A DNA stretch of 64,000 nt from Candidatus Levyibacteriota bacterium. Its GTDB lineage: Bacteria; Patescibacteriota; Microgenomatia; Levybacterales; UBA12049. Under the pieces are notes generated by a model that was given only the letters and a program-made list of their open reading frames with translations, searched no databases and had not been told where the DNA came from. The first letter of the stretch is position 1. The number at the start of each line of letters is the position of its first letter. Where the stretch lies: the NCBI GenBank assembly GCA_963716145.1, contig OY970292.1:76104-140103 (forward strand), written 5' to 3'. Below, in pieces: positions 31,494 to 41,137 of this stretch. The position numbers and the translations under genes were made by a program.

Positions 31494-32938
31494 AAAAAAC
31501 CGGAAAATTATACTCCATACTTTTAGCGGTGATTCTCTTGGTAGGATTTGCTGTAAGGCTATACCGGTTCAATAATCCAATTGCAGATTGGCACAGTTGG
31601 CGTCAGGCAGACACATCAGCAGTTTCCAGGAATTTTGTTAAAAATAGTTTTGACGTACTTCACCCAAGATTTGATGATCTTTCAAATGTTCCATCAGGGC
31701 TTGATAATCCTCAGGGATACCGGTTTGTAGAATTTCCAATTTATAACATTAAGCAAGCATTTCTTTTCAAAACACTTGGGCTATTTACGCTTGAAGAATG
31801 GGGTAGATTGATAAGTATTTTTGCATACGTTTGTAGCTCTCTTTTTTTATATCTTTTGGTATCCCGTCATAGTAATAAGACTATTGGCTTGTTAAGCGCG
31901 TTTTTTTACACTTTTATCCCCTACAATATTTATTATGGCAGAACAATTTTGCCCGATCCATTGATGGTTACTGCGTCACTTGGGGGAATTTATTTTTTTG
32001 ATTTATGGTTAGAAAATTTCAAATCCAGGAGCAAAAATTATTTATTTTTTATTTTAGCAACCATTTTTACAGCCTGCGCATTATTGGTCAAGCCTTACGC
32101 TTTATTTTTTACGCTGCCGATGATTGTATTGGTTTGGCAAAAGTGGGGAATAGGATTTTTAAAAAAATGGCAGCTGTGGATTTTTGCCATTCTTTCTGTA
32201 CTTCCTCTTATTTGGTGGAGAAATTGGATTACCCAATACCCGGCCGGAATTCCCGCTAACGAATGGCTTCTCAATGGAAACGGGATACGTTTCAGACCGG
32301 CTTTTTTCCGCTGGATTTTTTATGAAAGGATTACAAAGTTAATAAGCGGATACCTGGGAGTAATTATTTTGGCAGTTGGTATTTGGAAAATAAAAAAACA
32401 AAAAGAATGGATGTTTTTTGTTTCATTTTTGTTAAGTTCGTTATTGTACGTAATTGTTTTTGCAACAGGGAATGTGCAGCACGATTATTATCAGATACTT
32501 ATTATGCCAAGCCTGTCGATATTTTTCGCAATAGGAAGTTACTATTTGTACATACTAAATTTAAAAAAGCAACCGGTTGGGAAAATAGTTTTGGCGATAA
32601 GTCTTATAAGTCTTTTCTGGTTTGGGTGGAGTCAGGTAAAGGATTATTTTAATATTAATAATCAGTCAATTATTACGGCAGGTAAGGCAGTTGATAAACT
32701 TACTCCAAAAGATGCAAAGGTTATCGCAAATTATAATGGCGATACCTCATTTCTTTATCAAACTAACAGACAGGGTTGGGCAAGTCTGCAAAATCCACTT
32801 CCTGAAATGGTCCAAAAAGGAGCGGACTATCTGGTTCTTCTTAATCCGACAGAAAAAGATATGGATTTTGGCAAGCCCTACCAAATCGTTACGCGCACTC
32901 GAGAATATATTATTTTTGATTTACACAAAAGCCCATGA
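31490..32938 (+). CDS. ArnT/GT39-like GT-C glycosyltransferase
   Basis: HSWRQADT, EFPIY, GRTILPD, LVKP, HDYYQ. Confidence 0.8.
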   Translation: MKKTGKLYSILLAVILLVGFAVRLYRFNNPIADWHSWRQADTSAVSRNFVKNSFDVLHPRFDDLSNVPSGLDNPQGYRFVEFPIYNIKQAFLFKTLGLFTLEEWGRLISIFAYVCSSLFLYLLVSRHSNKTIGLLSAFFYTFIPYNIYYGRTILPDPLMVTASLGGIYFFDLWLENFKSRSKNYLFFILATIFTACALLVKPYALFFTLPMIVLVWQKWGIGFLKKWQLWIFAILSVLPLIWWRNWITQYPAGIPANEWLLNGNGIRFRPAFFRWIFYERITKLISGYLGVIILAVGIWKIKKQKEWMFFVSFLLSSLLYVIVFATGNVQHDYYQILIMPSLSIFFAIGSYYLYILNLKKQPVGKIVLAISLISLFWFGWSQVKDYFNINNQSIITAGKAVDKLTPKDAKVIANYNGDTSFLYQTNRQGWASLQNPLPEMVQKGADYLVLLNPTEKDMDFGKPYQIVTRTREYIIFDLHKSP

Positions 32939-33566
32939 AGATTTTGATGGTTAGCTCCTTTCTCCCGTATCCGCTTTTTTCGGGAGGGCAGGTCAGGCTT
33001 TTTAATCTTATTAAGGAATTGTCAGCGCGTCACGAGATAACATTAATTTGTGAGAAACGTGAGAATCAAACCGCTGAGGATGAAAATGAGCTCGGGAAAA
33101 TCTGTAAAAAAATTATAACAGTTAAAAGGAAGAAGCAATGGTCAATGAGAAATATATTGAAAACTGCATTCTCTTCAAATTCATTTTTGGTTACAGGCCA
33201 CACCAACATAGAAATGCAAAATAAAATAAAAGAAGAACTAGAAAGAGAAAAGTACGATTTAATTCATGTGGAAACTTATTATATAATGCAAAATTTACCC
33301 TCTGCATTATCAATTCCTGTAGTTTTGGCGGAACACAACATAGAGTATCAGGTTTACAAGAAGTATGTTGACCAAGGATCGCTATTTTTAAAACCTTTGC
33401 TTTCTTTGGATGTTGCAAAAATACAGAAAGAGGAGGAAAGTTTTTGGAAAAAAGCTGATAAATTAATTGCAGTTTCAGGGGATGATAAAAACGCGATGGA
33501 GAAAAAGGGGCTTATGCCCGTTATTGTTGCGAATGGGGTGGACACTGAGAAATTTAGTTTTAAACT

Positions 33567-33597
33567 AGAATTAAGAATTAAGAAGCAAGAATTAAGG
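33567..33597 (+). repeat. AGAATTA-type 4-unit array encoding ELRIKKQELR
   Basis: AGAATTA AGAATTA AGAAGCA AGAATTA AGG. Confidence 0.92.
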
Positions 33598-33679
33598 CGA
33601 ATTTTGTTTATTGGTGATTTTAAGTGGTTGCAAAATAGAGACGCTGTGAAGTTTATAGTTGAGGAGATATGGCCCAAAA

Positions 33680-33707
33680 TAATTTCAAATTTCAAATTTC
33701 AAATTTC
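33680..33707 (+). repeat. AAATTTC-type 4-unit array encoding ISNFKFQISN
   Basis: TAATTTC followed by (AAATTTC)x3. Confidence 0.95.
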
Positions 33708-34140
33708 AAATTCTCAATTAAAATTGTGGATTGTTGGGAGAGAGATTCCGGACTCTATAAAAAACTTAACAAATGATCAAGATATCATTTTTGATGAAGA
33801 AGGATCAGCTAGGCCAACGGAAGAATTATTCCAGGAGGCTGATATTCTTTTTGGCTCCGATCAGAATAGGCGGAGGGACTAGTTATAAAATACTTGAGAG
33901 CATGAGCAGTGGTACGCCCGTCGTAACTACAGAACTTAGCGCAAGTGTAATTGATGCAAAGGATAGCATAAATATTATGGTAGGCAAAAATGCTCAAGAG
34001 CTATCTGAAAAAACATTAAAGCTTCTTTCTGATAAAAGACTTTATCAAGCAGTGGCAAAAAATGGGCGGAGCTTGATTGAAGAAAAATACACATGGAGAA
34101 AAATCGCCAATGAGCTGGATAAAGTTTATAAAAGTCTGAT

Positions 34141-35058
34141 ATGAACAAAGTTGATTTATCAATTGTTATCCTAAATTACAACACCAAGCAGTTGACACTT
34201 GATGCTATTTCATCAATTGAAAAGAACTATCCGGATGAAGTTAAATCTGAGAAATACGAAGTGATAGTTGCGGATAATGCTTCACCGGATGACTCGCATA
34301 AAGCGTTCGAAGAGTATAAAAAGAAAAGTAAAATTAAATCTTTTCACGTCGTTGATAACGGTGGGAATATTGGGTTCTCCAAAGGCAATAATAACGGCTT
34401 AAAATATTCTCAGGGACGGTATGTTTTATTTCTGAATCCCGACACGGTAGTTTATCCCAAAACATTGGACAAAATGGTTGAGTTTATGGATACACATCTT
34501 GGCGCCGGAGCTGCAACCTGCAAAGTCGAGATCCCTGCGGGTGGAATTGATGATGCATCTCATCGGGGATTCCCAACTCCCTGGAACGCCTTAACTCACT
34601 TTTCAGGTTTTGAAAAGTTATTTCCAAAAAGTCGAATATTCGCAGGATATACTCAAGGATTTAAAGATATGAATAGCGTGCATGAGGTTGATGCCATATC
34701 GGGAGCTTTCTTATTTGTTCGGCGGGAAGTTGGGGAGCAGATCGGCTGGTGGGATGAAGAATACTTTTTTTATGGAGAAGATATCCAGTTTTGTTACAAC
34801 ATTAAAAAAGCAGGATATAAAATCTATTATGTGCCAGATGTCAGCATTCTTCACTACGGAGGCGTGTCAAGCGGTATTAAAAAGCAATCCCACCACATAA
34901 CCACAGCAGATAAAGAGCACCGAAAAATTATGCAGAGTCATCGTTTTGCCGCGATGCGGATTTTTTACAAAAAAAATTATCAGAAAAGATACCCCAAGTT
35001 TGTTAGTTGGATTGTAAACAAAGGAATTGACAGCCTACATAAAAAGCATTCGTCTTAG
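34141..35058 (+). CDS. GT2 glycosyltransferase (WbbL-like)
   Basis: ADNAS, NIGFSKGNN, LNPD, WDEEYFFYGED. Confidence 0.88.
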   Translation: MNKVDLSIVILNYNTKQLTLDAISSIEKNYPDEVKSEKYEVIVADNASPDDSHKAFEEYKKKSKIKSFHVVDNGGNIGFSKGNNNGLKYSQGRYVLFLNPDTVVYPKTLDKMVEFMDTHLGAGAATCKVEIPAGGIDDASHRGFPTPWNALTHFSGFEKLFPKSRIFAGYTQGFKDMNSVHEVDAISGAFLFVRREVGEQIGWWDEEYFFYGEDIQFCYNIKKAGYKIYYVPDVSILHYGGVSSGIKKQSHHITTADKEHRKIMQSHRFAAMRIFYKKNYQKRYPKFVSWIVNKGIDSLHKKHSS

Positions 35059-35064
35059 CCTCTG

Positions 35065-35073
35065 TGTTATACT
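35065..35073 (+). promoter_or_regulatory. Extended -10 (TGtTATACT), 6 nt before ATG 35080
   Basis: Direct motif match. Confidence 0.65.
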
Positions 35074-35079
35074 TAAAGC

Positions 35080-36195
35080 ATGAAAATTGGCATTGATGCA
35101 AGGCTTTGGAGCGAAACTGGAGTTGGGAGATATATCCGCAATTTGGTAAAGGAACTTCAAGTATTGGACAAGAAGAATGAGTATGTTTTGTTTGTCAGAA
35201 AGGCAGATTACGATAAGGTTAAATTTCAAATTTCAAATGATAAATTCCATATCAGAATTGCGGATATCCGTTGGCACACAATTGACGAGCAGCTGAAGCT
35301 TCCTCATATACTAGATAAAGAAAATGTGGACTTGGTTCATTTTCCTTATTTTTCTGTTCCTGTGGGTTACAAAAAGCCTTTCGTTATGACAATTCATGAT
35401 TTGATTCTTAATCATTTCCCGACAGGTAAAGCCTCCAAGCTCCCTCTGTATTTATATCAATTAAAGCGTCTTGGCTATGATTATGTAGTAAAAAAAGCAG
35501 TGAAGAGAGCGCAAAAAATTATCGTTCCCCTCAATGCTGTCAGAGATGATTTGGTAGCAACACTTGGAGTCAAAGAAGAAAAAGTTGCTGTAACGTATGA
35601 AGGCTTTGATGAAAAAATAATCAGTAAAGATAAGTCATCGATTGATGATACTAAATATTTTTTGTATGTTGGGAACGCATATCCACACAAGAATATCGAA
35701 AGACTAATAAAAGCCTTTTCCCTTTTTAGAAAAGAACAAAATGCAGAAGTACATTTGCTGTTGGTTGGCAAGGACGACTATTTTTATAAAAAACTTTCAG
35801 AAAAAATAAGGAAAGAAAATTATTCTGGAATTTTGATAAGGAACAATGTAAAAGATTATGAGCTTGCAAATTATTATAATAACGCTATAGCGCTCATTTC
35901 CCCCTCTCTTATGGAAGGATTTGGACTTCCGGTGCTTGAAGCAATGGCATCATCATGTGCCGTACTTGCGTCAGATATTCCCTCACTCAGAGAAGTGTGC
36001 GAAGGTGCGGCGTTATACTTTAATCCGCATTCTATTACAGAGATAAAAGATAAAATGAATCTTATTTTTAATACTGACAAAGAAACTCTAGAAAAATTAA
36101 TAAATAAAGGATTAGATCGTTCTCAGCAATTTTCCTGGAAAAAAATGGCAGAACAAACACTGAAAGTTTATGAAAGTTGCTTTAGTTTACGATAG
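35080..36195 (+). CDS. GT4 glycosyltransferase (MtfB-like)
   Basis: MKIGIDAR, TIHDL, VGNAYPHKN, EGFGLPVLEAM. Confidence 0.9.
   Translation: MKIGIDARLWSETGVGRYIRNLVKELQVLDKKNEYVLFVRKADYDKVKFQISNDKFHIRIADIRWHTIDEQLKLPHILDKENVDLVHFPYFSVPVGYKKPFVMTIHDLILNHFPTGKASKLPLYLYQLKRLGYDYVVKKAVKRAQKIIVPLNAVRDDLVATLGVKEEKVAVTYEGFDEKIISKDKSSIDDTKYFLYVGNAYPHKNIERLIKAFSLFRKEQNAEVHLLLVGKDDYFYKKLSEKIRKENYSGILIRNNVKDYELANYYNNAIALISPSLMEGFGLPVLEAMASSCAVLASDIPSLREVCEGAALYFNPHSITEIKDKMNLIFNTDKETLEKLINKGLDRSQQFSWKKMAEQTLKVYESCFSLR
35221..35248 (+). repeat. Partly decayed AAATTTC array (KFQISNDKF)
   Basis: AAATTTC AAATTTC AAATGAT AAATTCC. Confidence 0.7.
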
Positions 36196-37258
36196 GATCA
36201 ATAAATGGGGCGGTGCTGAGAGGCTTCTCCTTGCGCTTCATGAATTATTCCCTGAAGCGTCTCTTTATACATCCGTTTATGATAAGGAAAAAGCTCTTTG
36301 GGCAGAAGTTTTTGATATTAGAACTTCTTTTCTGCAAAACATTCCATTTGCCTCAACAAATCATGAACTTCTTGCAGCGTTTATGCCTTTGGCATTTGAA
36401 AGTTTTACTTTTGACGAGTATGATTTGGTGATCTCACTAACTAGTGAGGCAGCAAAAGGAATTATCACAAAACCCGGTACAATACATATTTGTTATTGCC
36501 TAACCCCTACCCGGTATTTGTGGAGCGGTTATGACGAATACTTCAAGAGTGATAGTCTCAAAATTATGTCAAAACCTATTGTTTCAGGTCTTCGCAGGTG
36601 GGATATAGCAGCGAGCAGACGGCCAGATGCCTTTATCGCGATATCCAAGGAAGTTCAAAAAAGAATTAAAAAATATTATGGAAGAGAATCTGATTTGGTT
36701 TATCCGCCAGTGACATTGAGCGCAAGAGCGCAAGAGCGCAAGAGCGCAACGAAGGAAGGAGAATATTTTCTAGTTGTGTCACGTTTGTCAAAGTTTACGG
36801 GATATAAGAGAGTTGACTTGGTTATTGAAGCTGTCAATGAACTTAAAATTCCTTTGAAAATTATTGGGGATGGAAGCTTGAGAAAAGAACTGGAACAAAT
36901 GGCAGGACCGACAATCGAATTTATAGGAAATGTTAATGATGATGAATTGGGTGGATATTACAAAAACTGCAAAGCATTGATCTTTCCGGGGAAAGAGGAC
37001 TTGGGGTTGGTAATGATTGAGGCACAAATGTTTGGAAAACCGGTTATTGCTTACAAGGAAGGTGGAGCTGTAGAATTGGTGATTGAGGCCAAGACGGGAA
37101 TATTTTTCCAGCAGCAAACAAAAAAATCATTAATTGAAGCGCTACAGAAATTTGAAAAAACCAAATTTGATTCAAAAGCCTGCAGAAAAAATGCAGAAAA
37201 ATTTAGCATGGATAAATTTAAGCAAAATTTCTTGTCGGTTGTGAATAAATTGATTTGA
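36170..37258 (+). CDS. GT4 glycosyltransferase (WbaZ-like, probable mannosyltransferase)
   Basis: GGAER, YCLTPTRYLW, EDLGLVMIEA; adjacent to manC. Confidence 0.85.
   Translation: MKVALVYDRINKWGGAERLLLALHELFPEASLYTSVYDKEKALWAEVFDIRTSFLQNIPFASTNHELLAAFMPLAFESFTFDEYDLVISLTSEAAKGIITKPGTIHICYCLTPTRYLWSGYDEYFKSDSLKIMSKPIVSGLRRWDIAASRRPDAFIAISKEVQKRIKKYYGRESDLVYPPVTLSARAQERKSATKEGEYFLVVSRLSKFTGYKRVDLVIEAVNELKIPLKIIGDGSLRKELEQMAGPTIEFIGNVNDDELGGYYKNCKALIFPGKEDLGLVMIEAQMFGKPVIAYKEGGAVELVIEAKTGIFFQQQTKKSLIEALQKFEKTKFDSKACRKNAEKFSMDKFKQNFLSVVNKLI
36718..36749 (+). repeat. (GAGCGCAA)x4 in-frame octamer array (SARAQERKSA)
   Basis: Four perfect octamers in the GT4 interdomain linker. Confidence 0.95.
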
Positions 37259-37276
37259 TATTATAATGAAGATTGT

Positions 37277-38359
37277 ATGAAAATTGTAGTTTTTGCCGGA
37301 GGAGTCGGTACAAGGCTCTGGCCGCTTTCAAGAAAAAATACTCCCAAGCAGTTTGGAAAAATTATAGGGAATGAGTCTACGCTACAACAAACCGTAAGCC
37401 GGTTAACTGTTGAATTTAAATCAGAAGATATTTATATAGCAACAGGCAAGCAGTATAAGGATGTAGTTATGAAGCAGCTTCCCAATATCCCAAAGGAAAA
37501 TTTTATTTTTGAACCAATGATGCGGGACGTTGGGCCTGCGATTGGCTTGTCGTCCTTTATTCTTGAGAAGAAATTCCCAAATGAACCCATCGCAATTCTT
37601 TGGAGTGACCATATGGTCAAAAACGAAGAAGCGTTCAGGCATGTCCTGCGTCTTGCCGAGAAGAAGATTGTTTCCAAAGAAACTGAATTTGTCTTTATAG
37701 GACAAAAACCCCGTTTTCCCAATCAAAACTGCGGCTGGATCCAGCTCGGTGAAGAAAGTGAAAGCAGTAATGGTGCAAGTGTTTATGAATTTAAAAGACT
37801 TTGTTATCGGCCAAAGCCAGAGGAGGCTGATAAATTTTTTAATGACAAGAACTATGTTTGGAATTTGGGATATTTTGTGACTACACCCAAATATCTTACA
37901 ACACTTTTCAAAAAGTATACTCCTGATATGTCAAAGCTTCTATCAGAAGTTCAAAATGATTACGGATCAGACAAATATGAAAAAACACTTGAAGATATTT
38001 ATCCAAAACTTGAAAAAATCAGTTTTGATGATGCTATTCTGGTCAAACTTTCTCCAAACAACCTTAAAGTTATTGCGACCGATCTTGGCTGGAGCGATGT
38101 GGGGGCATGGGACGCATTGAAGGAGGCCCTGGAAACACATAAAGAGGAAAATGTAACCCGGGGAAATATAGAATTGGAAGATACAAAGGACGTTTTAATG
38201 TTCAATTATGAAGAAAAGCTATGTATCGGTATTGATTTGTCGGAAATGGTTGTAATTAATACAGAGGATGTTTTGCTAGTGTGTCCCAAAGGTTCAATTC
38301 CTAAAATAAAAAAGTTCGTTGAAAATTTAACCGGAACTGACCACGAGCATTTAATATAA
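37277..38359 (+). CDS. manC: Mannose-1-phosphate guanylyltransferase
   Basis: AGGVGTRLWPLSR..PKQF, EP..RD, SDH, WN.G.F, WSDVG.W. Confidence 0.9.
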   Translation: MKIVVFAGGVGTRLWPLSRKNTPKQFGKIIGNESTLQQTVSRLTVEFKSEDIYIATGKQYKDVVMKQLPNIPKENFIFEPMMRDVGPAIGLSSFILEKKFPNEPIAILWSDHMVKNEEAFRHVLRLAEKKIVSKETEFVFIGQKPRFPNQNCGWIQLGEESESSNGASVYEFKRLCYRPKPEEADKFFNDKNYVWNLGYFVTTPKYLTTLFKKYTPDMSKLLSEVQNDYGSDKYEKTLEDIYPKLEKISFDDAILVKLSPNNLKVIATDLGWSDVGAWDALKEALETHKEENVTRGNIELEDTKDVLMFNYEEKLCIGIDLSEMVVINTEDVLLVCPKGSIPKIKKFVENLTGTDHEHLI

Positions 38360-38362
38360 ATA

Positions 38363-39031
38363 ATGCCAAACAAAGAGACACAAAAAAATACATGGTACGA
38401 TTTTGCCAAACGAGTATTGGATATTTTTTTTTCTGCAATTATTCTTATGTTCTTCTCCCCAATTATTGTGATTGTTGCCATATTAATTAAAATAGAAACA
38501 CCTGGCCCCATTCTTGCTGATACTCCTGAGAGGGTAGGAAAAGATGGTGAATTGTTTTATCCCTATAAATTCAGATCAATGATTGTTAACGCCTACCAGC
38601 TTTTAAAGACAGACCCTAAGCTCAGGAAGGCCTATGAGGAGCAGCAAAAAGGGGGAAACTATAAAATAAAAAATGATCCAAGGATTACAAAAGTCGGTAA
38701 ATTTATAAGAAAGCATTCGCTTGATGAAATTCCTCAGCTCTTAAATGTGCTTAAGGGTGAAATGAGCCTGGTTGGTCCTCGTCCATACTATCCTGAGGAG
38801 CTTGAGAAGCAGCAGCAAAGATATCCCCAAACCAAGAATTCGGTTAAAGAGGTGTTGTCGGTAAAACCGGGGATTACGGGCCGTTGGCAGGTGTCGGGCA
38901 GAAGCGAAGTGAATTTTGACAAGAGAATCCAAATGGATGCAACTTATGCAAAGCGGCGTTCTGTTTTTTATGATCTCTTGATTATAGCTAAGACCCCATG
39001 GGCGATGATTTCAGGCCGCGGTGCCCTCTAA
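38363..39031 (+). CDS. Priming phosphoglycosyltransferase (bacterial sugar transferase, PglC/WbaP catalytic type)
   Basis: KRVLD, YKFRSM, DPRIT, SLDEIPQL, GEMSLVGPRP, KPGITG.WQVSGR. Confidence 0.92.
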   Translation: MPNKETQKNTWYDFAKRVLDIFFSAIILMFFSPIIVIVAILIKIETPGPILADTPERVGKDGELFYPYKFRSMIVNAYQLLKTDPKLRKAYEEQQKGGNYKIKNDPRITKVGKFIRKHSLDEIPQLLNVLKGEMSLVGPRPYYPEELEKQQQRYPQTKNSVKEVLSVKPGITGRWQVSGRSEVNFDKRIQMDATYAKRRSVFYDLLIIAKTPWAMISGRGAL

Positions 39032-39071
39032 GTGCTGTTTTATGAAACATATTTACCTTACCCTTGTCAAG

Positions 39072-39101
39072 TTGACATTTTTGGGCAAATTTTCGTAAGA
39101 T
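39072..39101 (+). promoter_or_regulatory. Sigma70-type promoter TTGACA-N18-TAAGAT, 6 nt before ATG 39108
   Basis: Direct motif match; the -35 lies within the palindrome TGTCAA-G-TTGACA. Confidence 0.7.
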
Positions 39102-39107
39102 ATATAA

Positions 39108-41132
39108 ATGGGTGGATTTGATAAGATTGAGTTAACGCCAAAAAGTCCACCGCTCGCCTCGCAGCGAAGCGGGCCTGCCTCAAGTGTGAGTCAAGGCGGT
39201 TCTATTAAGAGTGACAAAAAGGAAAAAGGCAACCAGGATTTTGCCAAGGCAGAAACCAACAACTCATTTATGACCAACAGGAAAAAAAGAAAATTCAAGA
39301 TGGGCAAGCGCTATCCGATTGCGCTTTCGATTGTTGCTTTTATTCTTCTATTGATTGGAATTCCAGCCTATGCTACTTACAAATCCGGTCTGAAGACCTA
39401 CCGGGAAGCAAAGCTTGTTTCAGCTGCTATCAAAAACCAAAATGTTGAATTGGCTGGAGCAGAAATTGATAAAACCCAAAAATATCTGGCTGAGACCCAG
39501 AGAAATTTTCATTTTTTAATTCCTCTCAAATTTGTTCCTTTGGTTAACTGGTATTATAATGATGCGGATCACATGCTCAATGCCGGTAAGCACGGACTTG
39601 ACGCCGCAACTATAGCAGTTGATTCAATTAAGCCTTACGCTGACGTTTTGGGGCTTAAAGGGCAGGGTACTGCGACAGGTTCTACGGAAGACAGGATCAA
39701 AACAGCTGTTTTGACAATTGGAAAAATAACCCCTCAAATTGATAAGATTTCGGGAAAACTTGATCTGATAAAAAAAGAGATGGATGAGGTAGATCCAAAG
39801 CATTACCCGACTTTGATTTTCGGAAATAAAGTTCAAACGCAGATTGCAAATGTGCGAACTCTTACCGATGACGGGGCTACATTTGTGAGCGACGCCAAAC
39901 CCTTGGTTAAAGTTCTGCCTTCTCTACTTGGAGAGAACGAAGAAAAGAAATACTTGGTATTATTTCAAAATGACAAGGAACTCCGTCCGACGGGTGGATT
40001 TTTAACGGGTTACGCGATTATAAAAATTGATAAAGGGATAATAAAGCTTGACAAGTCAGAAGATATTTATGTTCTTGATGATTCTATTCCAAATAAGAAA
40101 AGAGCACCAGCCCCAATACTCAAATATTTGCCAAAAGTCTCGGTGCTGAATCTTAGAGACAGTAATCTATCTCCGGATTTTATTGAGTCAATGAAGACAT
40201 TTAAATCTATGTATGATACCTCAACGCAGAAAGTTGAGGTAGACGGAATTGTTGCAATTGATACGAACGTGCTTGTAAACACTATTAAAATACTTGATGA
40301 CAGCGTGACTGCAGGTGGAGTTACCTTTAATACCAAAAACGATCCCCGCTGTGATTGCCCGTCGGTTATTTACGCGCTTGAAGACAATATTTCGCGTCCC
40401 GTTAATTATGTCAAAACTGACAGAAAGGGTTTGCTTGGTGATCTTTTGGGAGCAATCATGAATAAAGCACTTACCTCCAGTCCTAAAATCTATTGGGGGC
40501 CGCTTTTCCAGTCATTTATCCAGGGAACCAACGAGAAGCATATACTGGCTTATCTGTATGATGAGGAGGCGCAAAAAGGGATAGAAGGACTTAACGCTGC
40601 GGGCAAGATCCGGGAATTTGAAGGAGATTATTTGCATATTAATGAGACTAGTTTTTCAGGCGCCAAGGTAAATATATTTATGCAGGAGGAAGTTGAAAAT
40701 AATTACACCGTTAAAGACGGTAATATCACCAAGACAGTGACTATAAAGTACAAAAATCCATTTCCCCCATCTGATTGTAATCTTGAGCGGGGAGGACTCT
40801 GTCTTAACGCTGAATATAGAGATTGGTTCAGGATTTATGTGCCAAAGGGGAGCGAGCTGATCGATAGCAAGGGCTCCCAAGTTAAGCTTACAAGCTCAGA
40901 AGATCTAGGTAAAACTGTGTTTGAAGGATTTTTGACAGTCAGACCAAAAGGTACCAAAACTTTCACAATAACTTACAAGCTGCCTTTTAAACTGAAAAGC
41001 GGCTCCCCTCTTCCTGCTCTTATCCAGAAGCAGCCGGGAACAAACGGTAATATATACACTAACATTGTGAACGGAAAAACAGTTGAAACATTTCCTCTAC
41101 TGACTGATAAAGAGCTCAAGCTTAAGATTTAA
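39108..41132 (+). CDS. DUF4012-domain single-TM extracytoplasmic protein
   Basis: YLVLFQN..ELRPTGGF, LRDSN.SPDF, VDGIVAID, RIYVP.G, QKQPG. Confidence 0.8.
   Translation: MGGFDKIELTPKSPPLASQRSGPASSVSQGGSIKSDKKEKGNQDFAKAETNNSFMTNRKKRKFKMGKRYPIALSIVAFILLLIGIPAYATYKSGLKTYREAKLVSAAIKNQNVELAGAEIDKTQKYLAETQRNFHFLIPLKFVPLVNWYYNDADHMLNAGKHGLDAATIAVDSIKPYADVLGLKGQGTATGSTEDRIKTAVLTIGKITPQIDKISGKLDLIKKEMDEVDPKHYPTLIFGNKVQTQIANVRTLTDDGATFVSDAKPLVKVLPSLLGENEEKKYLVLFQNDKELRPTGGFLTGYAIIKIDKGIIKLDKSEDIYVLDDSIPNKKRAPAPILKYLPKVSVLNLRDSNLSPDFIESMKTFKSMYDTSTQKVEVDGIVAIDTNVLVNTIKILDDSVTAGGVTFNTKNDPRCDCPSVIYALEDNISRPVNYVKTDRKGLLGDLLGAIMNKALTSSPKIYWGPLFQSFIQGTNEKHILAYLYDEEAQKGIEGLNAAGKIREFEGDYLHINETSFSGAKVNIFMQEEVENNYTVKDGNITKTVTIKYKNPFPPSDCNLERGGLCLNAEYRDWFRIYVPKGSELIDSKGSQVKLTSSEDLGKTVFEGFLTVRPKGTKTFTITYKLPFKLKSGSPLPALIQKQPGTNGNIYTNIVNGKTVETFPLLTDKELKLKI
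39152..39199 (+). repeat. GC-rich double-hairpin sequence in 5' coding region
   Basis: GCTCGC..GCGGGC and CTGCCT..AGGCGG stems (with G-U pairs) in an AT-rich context. Confidence 0.5.
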
Positions 41133-41137
41133 ATCTT

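Larger units (their letters stand above)
32935..34144 (+). pseudogene. GT4 glycosyltransferase split by an extra T in the T5 run at 33848-33852 (or assembly error)
   Basis: Removing one T joins ADIL to LAPIRIGGGTSYKILESM and restores a full-length GT4. Confidence 0.8.

Noticed and set aside
39065-39077. TGTCAA-G-TTGACA as a divergent antisense promoter
   Set aside because: No matching -10 on the minus strand at 17-18 nt spacing; may be an operator but unsupported.
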